Below are positions 11,801 through 24,437 of a stretch of DNA of 52,231 nucleotides, piece after piece; the stretch's first letter is position 1, and each line of letters begins with the position of its first letter. This DNA comes from Craspedostauros australis. Taxonomy: Eukaryota. Where the stretch lies: NCBI GenBank assembly GCA_030167865.1, contig JALAGF010002520.1:1-52231 (forward strand), in the 5' to 3' direction. The notes under the pieces are model-generated. The model saw only the letters and a list, made by a program, of their open reading frames with translations, did no database searches and had not been told where the DNA came from. A program made the translations under genes and the position numbers.

Positions 11801-12263
11801 TATCCTGGAAGTTCACATCGGCTCCACCGATGGTGGCCAAGTAGTGGACGACGCCCACATGTCCCATGCCACTTGCGCAGTGCAGCGCGGTCTCGCCGTT
11901 CGCTGATTGCAGGTGGACGGTTGGTTTCAAGTACTCCACCAGGTACTTCACCATGTCGACTTGGCCATTGAAGCAGGCGAGGTGGAGCGGGGTCTTTCCC
12001 CATGCGTCCTTGACGGAGTCGATGGAAGTCCATGGAGATTGCAGCTTCCATGCTTCGAAGGTTTGGAAATCTCCTGCTCCCGCAGCATCCACGGCATCCA
12101 CATCATCGAATGATGCACGCGTGAAGTACGGGGACGACGATCTCTTGATTTCCTGCGCCCAGAGTTTGGTGAGCTTGTTGTTGCGACGGACGCTCGTGTT
12201 GACGCCGGAATTGCGCAGCGGGGACGCAAAGAGAGCGAGGAACGATTGACGGAAGGAGACCAT
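8883..12263 (-). CDS. Ankyrin-repeat protein (1126 aa, more than 20 repeats), intronless
   Basis: Continuous G.TALH.AC..G...IV..LV...ADVN repeats, interrupted near the C-terminus by a (GV)n/acidic insert. Confidence 0.92.
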   Translation of the reverse strand: MVSFRQSFLALFASPLRNSGVNTSVRRNNKLTKLWAQEIKRSSSPYFTRASFDDVDAVDAAGAGDFQTFEAWKLQSPWTSIDSVKDAWGKTPLHLACFNGQVDMVKYLVEYLKPTVHLQSANGETALHCASGMGHVGVVHYLATIGGADVNFQDKYGKTALHDACVQGRLAVVQILMNTHAADATLQDYIGETPIHCACQWGYLDIVQHLTQSSGINPNVQDIYGNTALYFACLAGHMDIVKHIVDTSDVTIDLQNNDGNTLLHAICQRGDVDGLKWFMESNKPDVSLQNDLGNTALHVACLKGRYETVKYLVESCGADINIQNDKEGTALHCASSMGHLDVVKYLVESCGADVKQSNAGGSTALHCASSMGRVDVIKYLVGTGDAEINAQNNHGYTPLHCATKMGRVEAVKYLVESCLVDVNVKNSDGRIALHQACLAKVPNFHIVACLVQPDEADINILDADGRTALHQICPTRRLDIVRRLVNSGKANVDILDPNGRTALHLACLEDRLHIVQCLVKSGKADVDILDADGRTALHAMCAAGNLDIVQCLVESGKADIDILDADGRTALHVACANDNFNTVESLVGSEKVNVDILDPDGRTALHTACLNGYQSIARCLVESAKADVDIRDPDGRTALHTACLNDHLEIVKCLVESGKADINIQNGHDGAAIHHACKNEHTAIIRYLVESCNADVNTKYIDGDTALHRASKNGELRVFKELVESFGADIYMKNSDDFAPIQCASSNNHLDIVEYLVASCKVDVNQVADDITGMHCASGNGHLDVLKYLVESGGGDITKPNKHGNTALHWACSKGHLDIVEYLVNSFGTVVRLRSNTGDSVMFGSSSGADSERVEAMLRSASPDGIDDAALKEACSKNRLGTVKYLVQSDTARLGAGTDADVGVGVGVGVGVGVGVGVGGGVDEGDAGDGDNAALAPPGDDGEPAILNALAMANQLAVNAQENQEDGAGPVVNSRDHMEAMMALAKSCNIEINTRDLEVGTVVYGDFDADGLAAMKQMVESGEANAIVTAGQGENALTSAGMNAYLEVAKYLLDSSKSDVDVQNNVGDTPLHCACWEGQVDVVKHLIESGKANWLIQNQNNQSPLDYARDQDHAEIVEYLDLCVAN
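10300..10890 (-). repeat. 102-bp (34-codon) tandem repeat within the ankyrin gene
   Basis: The unit core tggagggcggtgcgtccatc (or a close variant) recurs at 10344, 10446, 10548, 10650, 10752 and 10854. Confidence 0.88.
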
Positions 12264-13171
12264 GCTGGTGTTGGCGTTGACGTTAAGGTTGAATGCTCGT
12301 CCGAGGCGACGGGTGTGTGATGTCAGAAAGAGAGGTCGTCAGCTGCTCGTGTGTGCATAATCATTGGATCGCTCCGACGACTTTATGAGCAAGGCGCTGC
12401 GCTCTTGCTTCTTTTATGCTATGGTCGTTGTGATTATGGCTGATGGTGTTGGGTTTTTGTGTGCCGAAAGTTCGGGAGGGTCTCGCGTTGTGACACCGCA
12501 TCGTGGAATCGATCAAGCTTCACGAGGGCACTCCGACAGATACTATACGAGCGACATGTTCTCTTGAGAGTACGACGAGGAGTCTTTCCTGTGGGAGTCG
12601 CCTTGTCTTGCCTCCGACTCGTATCCTATTGGTTGTGCCGTTCCATCTCACTCTGCCACGTTCTCCGTTTGGAAGAGTCGAGGTTTTGATGGGAAGGAGA
12701 AGAGATGATGGATCTTTGCTGCGTGGGAACTCATTTGACTACTATGCCGCGATCCGTAGGTACCAGCATCTCCACTCCTGCGAGTATAGCGTAAAGAGAG
12801 AGGGAGAGTTCAATTAAACGACGATGTGATACTCTTCTTTTCTATGCTCTGCTCATACTCGTGCGAGTATTCATAGGGTCAACCATGGTCTTGTGGGTTT
12901 GATTCGCGAGGAGTATCCTTCCCCGATGCAAACGCGGTGTTCAATCATCTGACTTCCCGAGGATTGTTCTTGTTGGTGGTGAATAGCGAATCTAGTTTGG
13001 CATGTATTAGCCTGACATCTGATGTTGTTGTTTTAGTCAAAGTAGTCGTCGGATCTGCGATTCTCCAAAACAAGAACCTCACAACATGTTTGACACGCTG
13101 TGGGTATCCTTCGCAACAACAAGGACTGTTTGTGGTGGGGAGATGGATGAAGATTGAAGAGGAGGGAGTAG

Positions 13172-15878
<2,707 letters not shown>

Positions 15879-16049
15879 GAACAGCACGGCGCAATGGGGC
15901 TCGCCTACAATTGCTAGTATTCTCCAGAGTATTCGTATGCATGTTGACTAATTCGGATTTGGGACATGGCCACAAAGAATACCAAGGACGTCACACTGCT
16001 CGTAGGAGAGCATAACACGATATACGATCGACTGTCCTCTACTCTAGAT

Positions 16050-17216
16050 TTATCGGGCCCTGCCTTTCAAAACACGAGCAGCGATGACCGCAGCTGCGCC
16101 GGCAGCAACAGAAGCCGCCAATAGCACCATGCCAAGCCGTCCTTCCCAGGGGTAGCAATCCCGATTCACTGCCTTCAGCGCCACCTTGTCCTGATCCACT
16201 CCATCCGGAATGCGATGCTTCTTGTACATCTTCAGCACGTGCTTGCCTGCCGTCGTTGCCCTCAATTCATTCGCCAACACCCAGAAGGCTTCGGGATACT
16301 GCTTCGTCACCGCCGGTGGATAGATGGAATCAAGTTCCGGCGGCAAGATGATCGGACCCGACAATGCCGCAAACGTCAAGTCGGCCGCTGTGAATCCGTG
16401 CGATGGTTGGCCCTTCTCGTCCATCAGGTACTGCCCGCCCGATACCTCCAACCGTTGCGAGATTTCCGCAAACAGCTTGCGCAGCTCCTCCTCGGATGTC
16501 GTGGCCAAATCGCTCGTGATCTTCATGGCCCTCAGGATGCCTTTGGCCAAGCCCTTGTCGAGCATCTTGTCAAACAGCTGGCGTTCTACCTTACTGACGA
16601 TGTTGGCATTGGCGCACACGTTGGTGATCATGGTATGTCCCGGAGTCTTCCATTGGCCCAGGATGTGATGGTACGCGAAGCATCGCGACGTGGCACCCAG
16701 CCGCTGTCCCAGCTCCTCCTCGAATTGTCGGATCGCGTCGGCGTCGGCTTGCGCGGGATAGAGCTGCGGCAGGAAGAATTGATTGACGGCCGTGCTGCCG
16801 CTGATCATGAGGTCTTGTTGTTGCGCCTGCGTCTTGGCTGGCTTTATCAACACCATGGGAGTTTGCGATGCCTTGTAGTTGGATGATGGCAAGGAGGCGA
16901 AGGAATGGAAGCCGGGACAATGCGGATCTTCCGTGTAGTAGTAGGGATTGTCCGGGCTAGCCTCCACCATGTCCATTACCCACCGCGACTTCTCGCAGAA
17001 GTGGGAGACGCCGATGGTGATGAGGCGGACGTGGCATGTCTTGTTTTCATTTGGTGGAGATCGTTGGCGGTTGTTGGTGGAGAAGAGAGAGATGAGGCTG
17101 CCGGCAATGGCGAGAGGACCGGAGCTGATGTCCTTTTGCGAGGCGGGCCGTGTGTTCTCACGAGGGAGCTCCGTGTCCCCCTCAGTCTTCGTACATGCAG
17201 AAGGCTGTGTCGTCAT
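16050..17216 (-). CDS. Glutathione S-transferase-like protein with a C-terminal membrane anchor
   Basis: RLITIGVSHFCEKSRW (GST-N, SHxCEKxRW type), YL...FTAADLTFAALSGP (GST-C signature), and a hydrophobic tail MVLLAASVAAGAAAVIAA followed by basic residues. Confidence 0.82.
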   Translation of the reverse strand: MTTQPSACTKTEGDTELPRENTRPASQKDISSGPLAIAGSLISLFSTNNRQRSPPNENKTCHVRLITIGVSHFCEKSRWVMDMVEASPDNPYYYTEDPHCPGFHSFASLPSSNYKASQTPMVLIKPAKTQAQQQDLMISGSTAVNQFFLPQLYPAQADADAIRQFEEELGQRLGATSRCFAYHHILGQWKTPGHTMITNVCANANIVSKVERQLFDKMLDKGLAKGILRAMKITSDLATTSEEELRKLFAEISQRLEVSGGQYLMDEKGQPSHGFTAADLTFAALSGPIILPPELDSIYPPAVTKQYPEAFWVLANELRATTAGKHVLKMYKKHRIPDGVDQDKVALKAVNRDCYPWEGRLGMVLLAASVAAGAAAVIAARVLKGRAR

Positions 17217-17925
17217 TGCTATTGTTGCTCTGTTCGTGTTCGTGCTCGTGTGGTACCAACAAGCACGACCTAGCTGAGAGCAAGTGATCTGGTTTTGGGA
17301 GACGCTGTGTTTATGAGAGACAAGAGCGGAAGCCTGTGTCCTCTGCGAGTATGTTAGAGGAGGAGGAGACGGTTGGAATGATGATGCACAATTGATGACA
17401 CAAGATCATCGGAGGGCGCGGCGGTTTGGGGCGTGAGGTGCTCCACAATGCACAGACACCGAATGAATGAGGTTGAGCACAGAAGGGGCGGTTTGCCACC
17501 GATCGTGATGTTGTTCTGCGGATGACGATTGGTGGCAAAAAGAACATCGCTGTTGTTCTTTTTTGGTGACGCGGATCCTTGTTTCTTTTCTCCGTAGTCC
17601 CGTCATCGATGATCTACTCGCAGCTCCGGTTCCGAGCTGACTGCTGCACGCTCGAAACCGTGCATGACATACGCGCACGTAGCATAGTGGAAGACGGTTT
17701 GATGGTTTGTTTGTGTTTTGTGTCAGAGCAGTCGCTCCACTCATATGATGAGTATTCATTCTACTCGACTGATCTATGCATATTTATTGCCAATGGCAAT
17801 GCCTTGCCGTTCGCAGTTGCGTGGCGTAGCGCTACATCACGTTGCACTACTATACATCTATCTCTCCAGTTCCAGTTCGTGAAGTCAGCTCACTGGCCGA
17901 GTCTGGAGACCAGATGATGGGTGAT

Positions 17926-18450
17926 TTACTGCATGGAAAAGAAAGAAATCACCATTGCTCCGCATACTGTTGCTGTGAACAAGGTTGATGCATTGGTCGG
18001 AGCAGAGGACTGCAACGGAGACGTGACATCTGCCGGTGCGGAGTTGACCGACGTCGCTTCTTCGCCATCTGCCACAGGGTCGGTTGCGATTTGAGGTTCC
18101 TGCGTTGGGATGTCCGGGGGGGCACCCGAGGGGTGGATGGAGGGGATGATTGAGGGACTTCTGGAGGGGCTGATTGTGGTGCGGTTTTGCAAGACCATCA
18201 TGGTTGGAGCAGGAGAAGTGGGTGCGAAGCTTGTGTTTTCACTTCGCGCCGGCTTTGTGCACTGTGCGATGCGGTACGTCAATTCTGGTCCTTGTGTGGG
18301 GTGTGCACCCACGCCACCTTGCTTTGACTTGATATGTGCGGCTGTTCCGCCCTTGGACGATGCAGTGCGACGGGCAGTGCGACGGGCAAGTGTGGCATGT
18401 TCCGCTGTGAGCAGAAGCAGGAAGAGAGAAAAGGAGACAACGGTGATCAT
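17926..18450 (-). CDS. Small secreted Pro/Ser/Thr-rich protein, probably GPI-anchored (174 aa)
   Basis: Signal peptide MITVVSFSLFLLLLTAEHA; PTSPAPT/SPSxxPS mucin-like tracts; SSA followed by a hydrophobic C-terminus with no cytosolic tail. Start taken at ATG 18450 rather than 18912. Confidence 0.68.
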   Translation of the reverse strand: MITVVSFSLFLLLLTAEHATLARRTARRTASSKGGTAAHIKSKQGGVGAHPTQGPELTYRIAQCTKPARSENTSFAPTSPAPTMMVLQNRTTISPSRSPSIIPSIHPSGAPPDIPTQEPQIATDPVADGEEATSVNSAPADVTSPLQSSAPTNASTLFTATVCGAMVISFFSMQ

Positions 18451-19424
18451 GTTGGAGCGAAAATGGCGATGTTTTGGTTGTGACGGGACTTGCCGTGGCG
18501 GATGTACTCGTTGCTTATCTTTGGTTCTATTTGCAGCCGTGGGATACGTATGATGTGTTGTGCGATCCCGCAGGTACGTTTGTGCATGGGGGGAGAAGAT
18601 TTCATGCAGATGATGGCATGTGAGTGCTGGCTTGACATACAGACTGTGCCGAGACGGCGGCCACAACGAGACATGGCGGTTCGAAGTCATGACTGTGATC
18701 GTTGCCACCTGGTTCACTGTGATTGAAATTGGATCTTCTCGCCGGCAATGATCGAACCGCACATCCTCACGAGCTGTGTTGCTCGCGACGGCAACCCCTG
18801 GCAATAGACAACGACGACGACGACGATGGGGCGTCAACCACCGTGATTGTCTTGGCGTGTGGCTTGGATCAGCACGTCTCTTTACGTGACGTTGCATTGC
18901 GTTAGGCTGCACTTACCTCTGTTTTCTTCGCGCTCTGCAAAAACAATGGTAATAGTGTTGCTGTTGGCGCTTGGTGGGTTTGTGTCATTGTTGCTGTCGT
19001 CCTGTCGTTGTGGCGTGTACCGACGCGGGAAATGTGAGAAGGCATTCAGCCGCGTTGTTGTTGGCAGAGCGATGATTTTCGCGCCAATCTGCCAAAAAAC
19101 AGAGGAGAGATGGCGAACAGGACTTTTCCTTTTCGAAAGATACCACCGAACCCAGCGCAGATCAGTCGAATGAGTCAAATGTATGATCACGGAATTCGGT
19201 GCTTGCTTTGTTCTTCGAAAGATCTGCGGCGCCAATGCAACTGCGCGTTGCAGCCACGTGTTGATGGATACGAGCTGCAACCAACGATTGCAGTAACAAG
19301 AGGGATCGCTCCTGTTGCTCCTGATCATAGTCGTACGAGCTACCCATCTCTTTGAGCTGCAGCCATACGTGCTACTCATAGATCGTACCCATCACCTCAC
19401 CCAACAACGACGATCACGTCCATC

Positions 19425-20981
19425 ATGCATACTCGTACATCCTCCCCTTCTTCGGCGCTGCTGCTGTTGGTGGTGGTGCAAGGCCTCGCAGCCGTCGCTC
19501 TCGTCAGCGCCACCCGCCCGGCACCGGCGAAGTACTACCGTCACCAAGCCGTCGATCATGTGGGTTCCGCAAGGAGCAGCGACGGAGACCTGGGGGGCTT
19601 CGTTGGCATGGAATGGACGCAGCGCTACTACACCTGGGACATCGAATTCAAGGGAGGTGGCCACCCCATCTTCATCATCATGGGCGGCGAGGGCCACATT
19701 TCGCCTTCCGTGGGTTTGCATTACCCCTTCATCACGGACGTGCTGGCCAAGGAATTCGGCGCCTACGTGCTGCAACCGGAGCATCGCTTCTACGGAGAGT
19801 CGCAGCCGCTGGAGGGCAAGGACCTGCCAGATCTAGATTACGATCCGCGTCTGGAGCTCCTGACTCCGGAACAGGCGGTGCTGGACGCCCTGCAGCTCTT
19901 GGACCACATCAAGGAGGATCTGGATTGCTCCGACGATCGGTCGTCGGCATCGTACTGCCCGGTCATCACCGTCGGTGGTTCGTACCCGGGCTTCATGGCA
20001 GCATTCTCCCGCATCATGGCGCCGGACCAAGTGGACATGGCATATGCTGGCAGCGCGCCCATGAAGTTCTACTCCCAGGAGGTCAGCGCGGGCGCGTATT
20101 ACGAGCACATCACCAATGTCGTTGAGAACATGCATGCGGGATGTTCGGGCAAGATCCGCAACGCGTTGGAAACAATCCGCGACGACACGTTGGAGAAAGG
20201 CATGGATCCAGGCAGCGTTGGAATCTGCCAGGATTCGGTCCCCGGCTACATCGCAACAGACCAGACCTTCCTCGACGAGCTCTTCATGGTCGTGGCCTAC
20301 TCGTTCGCCAACGACAACATGGCGTTCTACCCGCCAACGAAGGACACTCGATTGGCCAACGCCTGCGACATCTTCAGTTGCTGCTGCAAAGATGCCAACG
20401 CGAAGGTCGCGGAGTTCCTCACCAAGCGTTTGGGCGATGGCGACGATGCAACCTGTTGGAACATGACGGGACAGCTGCCATCGGGCCCTGGTGCGACAAT
20501 TTCATCCGGCGATTGGAGCGGCGTCGGCACAGGAGGAGATGGTGAGAGCTGGGACTTCCAAACCTGCGGTATCCTCATTGAAGCCATCGGCTTCACGCAG
20601 GCGTCCATGTTCCCCGTGCGAGACTGGTCCCTCGACTGGCTCACACAGCACTGCCAAGCGCGATTCGCCGTCACGCCAGATCCATACGTCTTCGTCGACC
20701 AATTTAGATTCGATGCCAAAAGTATGATCCAAGATGGCGTGACGAAGATCCTCTTCACGAATGGCGAGAACGATGGTTGGTCCGTGGGAGGAATCAATGA
20801 GACGCTGTCCCCTGATCTTCCAGTCATCAACTTCCCCAACGGTGCGCACCATTCCGATCTCAGCGGGGTGGGACCATCAGACGTAGACACGGACGACATC
20901 AAGGCCGGCTTCGTCCAGATTCAAGCGATCCTTTCCACGTGGCTGGATGAGATCGTGGATGAAGCTGTGGAAGTACTGTAA
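19425..20981 (+). CDS. Serine peptidase family S28 (prolylcarboxypeptidase/DPP7-like), secretory pathway
   Basis: Signal peptide; QRYY, PIFIIMGGEG, EHRFYGES, GGSYPG nucleophile elbow, WDFQTC, ILFTNGENDGW (catalytic Asp), AHHSDL (catalytic His). Confidence 0.93.
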   Translation: MHTRTSSPSSALLLLVVVQGLAAVALVSATRPAPAKYYRHQAVDHVGSARSSDGDLGGFVGMEWTQRYYTWDIEFKGGGHPIFIIMGGEGHISPSVGLHYPFITDVLAKEFGAYVLQPEHRFYGESQPLEGKDLPDLDYDPRLELLTPEQAVLDALQLLDHIKEDLDCSDDRSSASYCPVITVGGSYPGFMAAFSRIMAPDQVDMAYAGSAPMKFYSQEVSAGAYYEHITNVVENMHAGCSGKIRNALETIRDDTLEKGMDPGSVGICQDSVPGYIATDQTFLDELFMVVAYSFANDNMAFYPPTKDTRLANACDIFSCCCKDANAKVAEFLTKRLGDGDDATCWNMTGQLPSGPGATISSGDWSGVGTGGDGESWDFQTCGILIEAIGFTQASMFPVRDWSLDWLTQHCQARFAVTPDPYVFVDQFRFDAKSMIQDGVTKILFTNGENDGWSVGGINETLSPDLPVINFPNGAHHSDLSGVGPSDVDTDDIKAGFVQIQAILSTWLDEIVDEAVEVL

Positions 20982-21329
20982 ACGGAGTAGAGCTTAGCAT
21001 GTATAATATAATACCTATGTATGTAGGTGCTGCATGGAATCTTGAAGTCGGTCGACTATGAGACGCTTCCATGATGGTGTCAATGAGATGCGATGACAAC
21101 AGAAGCCAAGACTGCATGTCTCCACCTGGCAAATACAATAGAACTACAGTTCGGGTACTCTAAGCAGAGCACTGTACTGCCACGTTATACGATATGCACA
21201 CAAAGGTAGACTGCTCTGAAATCTTTGTCACTTCCTCTACTCTATGTGATTAGAAATGCATTAGGAGTTGAGGACGTACCAGTATGCATGGCCTGCGCCT
21301 AACAAATTGTTGCCACGAGACGTCAGACA

Positions 21330-22019
21330 TTAGACAGTCGAAGCACAGCCAACTGCCTTGATGGTCTTGATGTCCAACGACACGTCTCCGGCGACACCCT
21401 CACCCCAGACGGCCATGGTCTTGAGGTTCATCAACGCCTTGGTACTGGGGCAGTACTGGCTGTCTTGGGCGCAGGTCACGATGGCGTCACCCGTGGCATC
21501 ATCCCAGTAGTCGGTGAAGTCTGAGAATGCAAAGACGACCTCACCAAAGTCTCCCGAGGGGTAGTTGGCAAGGTCGGACTTGTATCCGAAGGCGTGCATC
21601 CTTCCATGCGGTGGCTTGTCCTTGCCAAAGCTCACGCGGTATCCCGCGTAGTCAACGTTGGACTTGATGAGGAAGGACAATCCGGAGCATCCCGACACGT
21701 CAGGGAAGATCTCGTTGTCGATGGTTCTGGCCTGGATGAATCCTGGAGCATGCAGGAACGGCACATCCACGACCTTGCCGACGAACTTGCCGACGCCATC
21801 CTCAATGGTGAAGCTTCCCGTGGACTTGCCGCCCATGACGGGGTCGTTCATCTGCTTCCATGTGTGCATGGGGTTGGCGAAGTCCTCGAGGAGGATCTCG
21901 TCGGCGCTTAGTGCCAGCTTCTCATCGAGCTCGACCTTGACGTCGGCATCACGGAGGCTTGGGGCAGCAACCGCGGCGGAGGCAAGCGCCGCAAGGGCGA
22001 TAGACTGAATGAGCTTCAT
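21330..22019 (-). CDS. Secreted CIA30 (complex I intermediate-associated protein 30) / galactose-binding-like domain protein
   Basis: Signal peptide MKLIQSIALAALASAAVA. W..MNDPVMGG.STG.F and F.G.V......GF match the CIA30 domain N-terminal consensus. Confidence 0.8.
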   Translation of the reverse strand: MKLIQSIALAALASAAVAAPSLRDADVKVELDEKLALSADEILLEDFANPMHTWKQMNDPVMGGKSTGSFTIEDGVGKFVGKVVDVPFLHAPGFIQARTIDNEIFPDVSGCSGLSFLIKSNVDYAGYRVSFGKDKPPHGRMHAFGYKSDLANYPSGDFGEVVFAFSDFTDYWDDATGDAIVTCAQDSQYCPSTKALMNLKTMAVWGEGVAGDVSLDIKTIKAVGCASTV

Positions 22020-23801
22020 CGTTGTTCGGCGTGTGCTTCTGCTTTCGCTGTTTTGCTTTTTTATGGAATGGCTTGCGCTTGCGGATTGATTGTTGGCGAT
22101 GCCCTTCTTCGACAGAGCACGGGTAAGGCACAGCGTTGTACGGATCCTCGTCACATCAATGCAATTGGTGGCAGGCCATTGTCTCCGACTGTCCACAACC
22201 TCGTTGATTCGTGACGATGGTATCCTTCGTCCCTTGGTTTCTTGGCGGTTGCGGACATGTTGGTCCTTGTGTTGTTTCTCATCACGAAGGATTCATCACA
22301 TGATTCTCAGCTGAGCATTCTGTGTTGTTCCTTTGCCGCGTCATCAAGAAATAACCCAGAATCGCCACGCGTCCACCACGAGTCCATATCTTACGTGAAC
22401 GACTCGATCGACCACATAACGGACACTCTTCGGCTGTCACAAAAGGAGAACATATGGGGTTACGGTAAATACATAAAAGTAAAGTAATATGTGGTTCTCC
22501 ACCAACCAAGAACTGGATCCAGACATGAAGAACACCGATGTCAAGTAATCGTGTGGAGGAAGATACCTCAGGAACAAGGATGACGACATCCATGAGGATC
22601 GTCACTCCGATCCAACGTGCGAGACCAAGCGCGACGTGAAAGCATGGTTTGCCTCATGCCACGCCATTGCTAACTTGTGCGATGCGATACTCCAACCGTC
22701 ACTTCCGGCTTCCGGAAAGCACACGCTCTACCTGCACGAGTACGCGATGCGGCGCACACGCTCGACCATGTTTGAAGCCGCAACCGGTGGAGACTTGCAT
22801 GGCAGTCGCGTTTCTGAGACATCACGAAAGTTGGAGAAATCTGTTCAGACAGTGATCCTCGTGATGCGCCAGCAAGCATGCAGCATGCAACATGGGGACG
22901 TCCAACATGTATGGGTATGGTAGCACGATTCTCATTCCACGCTTTGATGCGCTGCACGACGCCGCAGGGGGCTTGAGAATCGGTCGTGGAACGATCACCA
23001 CCTTTCGCCCATGTGGGATGTTCTGGTCGCTGTGATCGGGAAACCTGAACATGGGCAGGGGTACAATTGCTATCAAATCCGTACCAATGCTGTGTGGTAG
23101 GGCGTGGGACATCAAATAATCGTACTACTACTACACCAGACAAGTCTCCACATTGGCAAACGTCGCGGATACGGGCGGGAGAGATGCAGTCGTGTGCTTG
23201 ATTGGGCGGGGAGAGGACAGAATAGAACGATCCTGTGGGGCTTGTGCGAGCGTTCATTCGCGTGTGGCGAAAATGCAGTGTGCGATTGGATTCAACATCA
23301 CCGCGATGGGAACAGACAACTTCAACATCATGATACTTCGAGGCTTCGGTCTCCGCGCTTCTCGAATGATGATGTGAGATGTTGTTCCGCGTTGGCCGAA
23401 CCAGTTCGAGGCTCGTATTTTTGTGAGGTTTATGGTCAATCAGGTTGATCGCACTGGAGCTGTCAGCTCTCAGTGGCCTCATGTTTGCTTTGTCGGGGGC
23501 ATAACAACAATACCATCAACATCAACAGCAACTGCGCCTGCTCCAACTCCTCCCACTGCTGCTGCAAGGAGAGCAGCCTTCTTTGTTCTTCTGTCACTCT
23601 CCTCTCCTTTCCTCCATTTGTCGTTTCATTTCATCTCTCATTCCCCAACCGCACACAATTTACAGGTCAACCCATTCAACCAACCAACAGTGGATGTACT
23701 CATACCATCACAAGCACAGACAATCAAACGATCAATCCAACCACTCTATCAGAGTCATACCTAGAGTACTCTTCGTACTCCAGCAACCACACAGACTAGC
23801 C

Positions 23802-24437
23802 ATGGCGCCACGCACCAACTTCGTGATCATCACCGGTCACCACCACCCAGCATCCCCCAGCCACATCATCTCGACGATGGGCATGGCAAAGTGCATCGTC
23901 ACATCGCCTTCAGCAGCAGCAGCAGCACCATCGCCGTCATTGTTGTCACCTCCGCTGTCGCCATCGTTGGTGGACAATAAGGACGCGCACAGTATCACGA
24001 GCTGCGGTCACACGATCTCGCGAAGGAGGGTGCGATTTGCGGATCGTTCTACCGATGCGATCATACCCAGCAGCCAATCGCGCGCCGCTCACGGCAGCGC
24101 CTCGACATGGTATTCCGCACAAGAACTGGCAAAGATCCGACACGAGGACGCCGAGCTCATCCGACGATACCGGCATGGGCACAGGACGGACCCTTCCAAG
24201 GACTGCTTCCGTGGTCTGGAGGCCCGCATCCTGCCCAAGGTGCAAAAACGCATCCGCGCGCAGCTGAAGCAGCTATCGATCAGCGTGGTGCTGGACGAGC
24301 AGCGTCGGCAGTGGAGCGACGCCGAATGGAACCCCGAGCGACTGTCGCGCATGTCCATCAACACCACGCGGCAATGCCAGGCCATCGCCTTTCGGATGGG
24401 ACGCTTGGATAGCCGCGAGGCCCGCAAGTGCGCGTAG
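23802..24437 (+). CDS. Diatom-type protein of unknown function (V.F / WY / CxRGLE / VLxEQxRQ family)
   Basis: RRVRF...WYSAQELAKIR...CFRGLE...VVLDEQRRQ...S....A...G..D is a motif string typical of a large diatom family. The ATG at 23802 follows a CAA-rich leader. Confidence 0.82.
   Translation: MAPRTNFVIITGHHHPASPSHIISTMGMAKCIVTSPSAAAAAPSPSLLSPPLSPSLVDNKDAHSITSCGHTISRRRVRFADRSTDAIIPSSQSRAAHGSASTWYSAQELAKIRHEDAELIRRYRHGHRTDPSKDCFRGLEARILPKVQKRIRAQLKQLSISVVLDEQRRQWSDAEWNPERLSRMSINTTRQCQAIAFRMGRLDSREARKCA

Noticed and set aside
22670-23482. 270-aa minus-strand ORF in the long intergenic region
   Set aside because: No domain signature or coding-like composition; cannot be supported without expression data.
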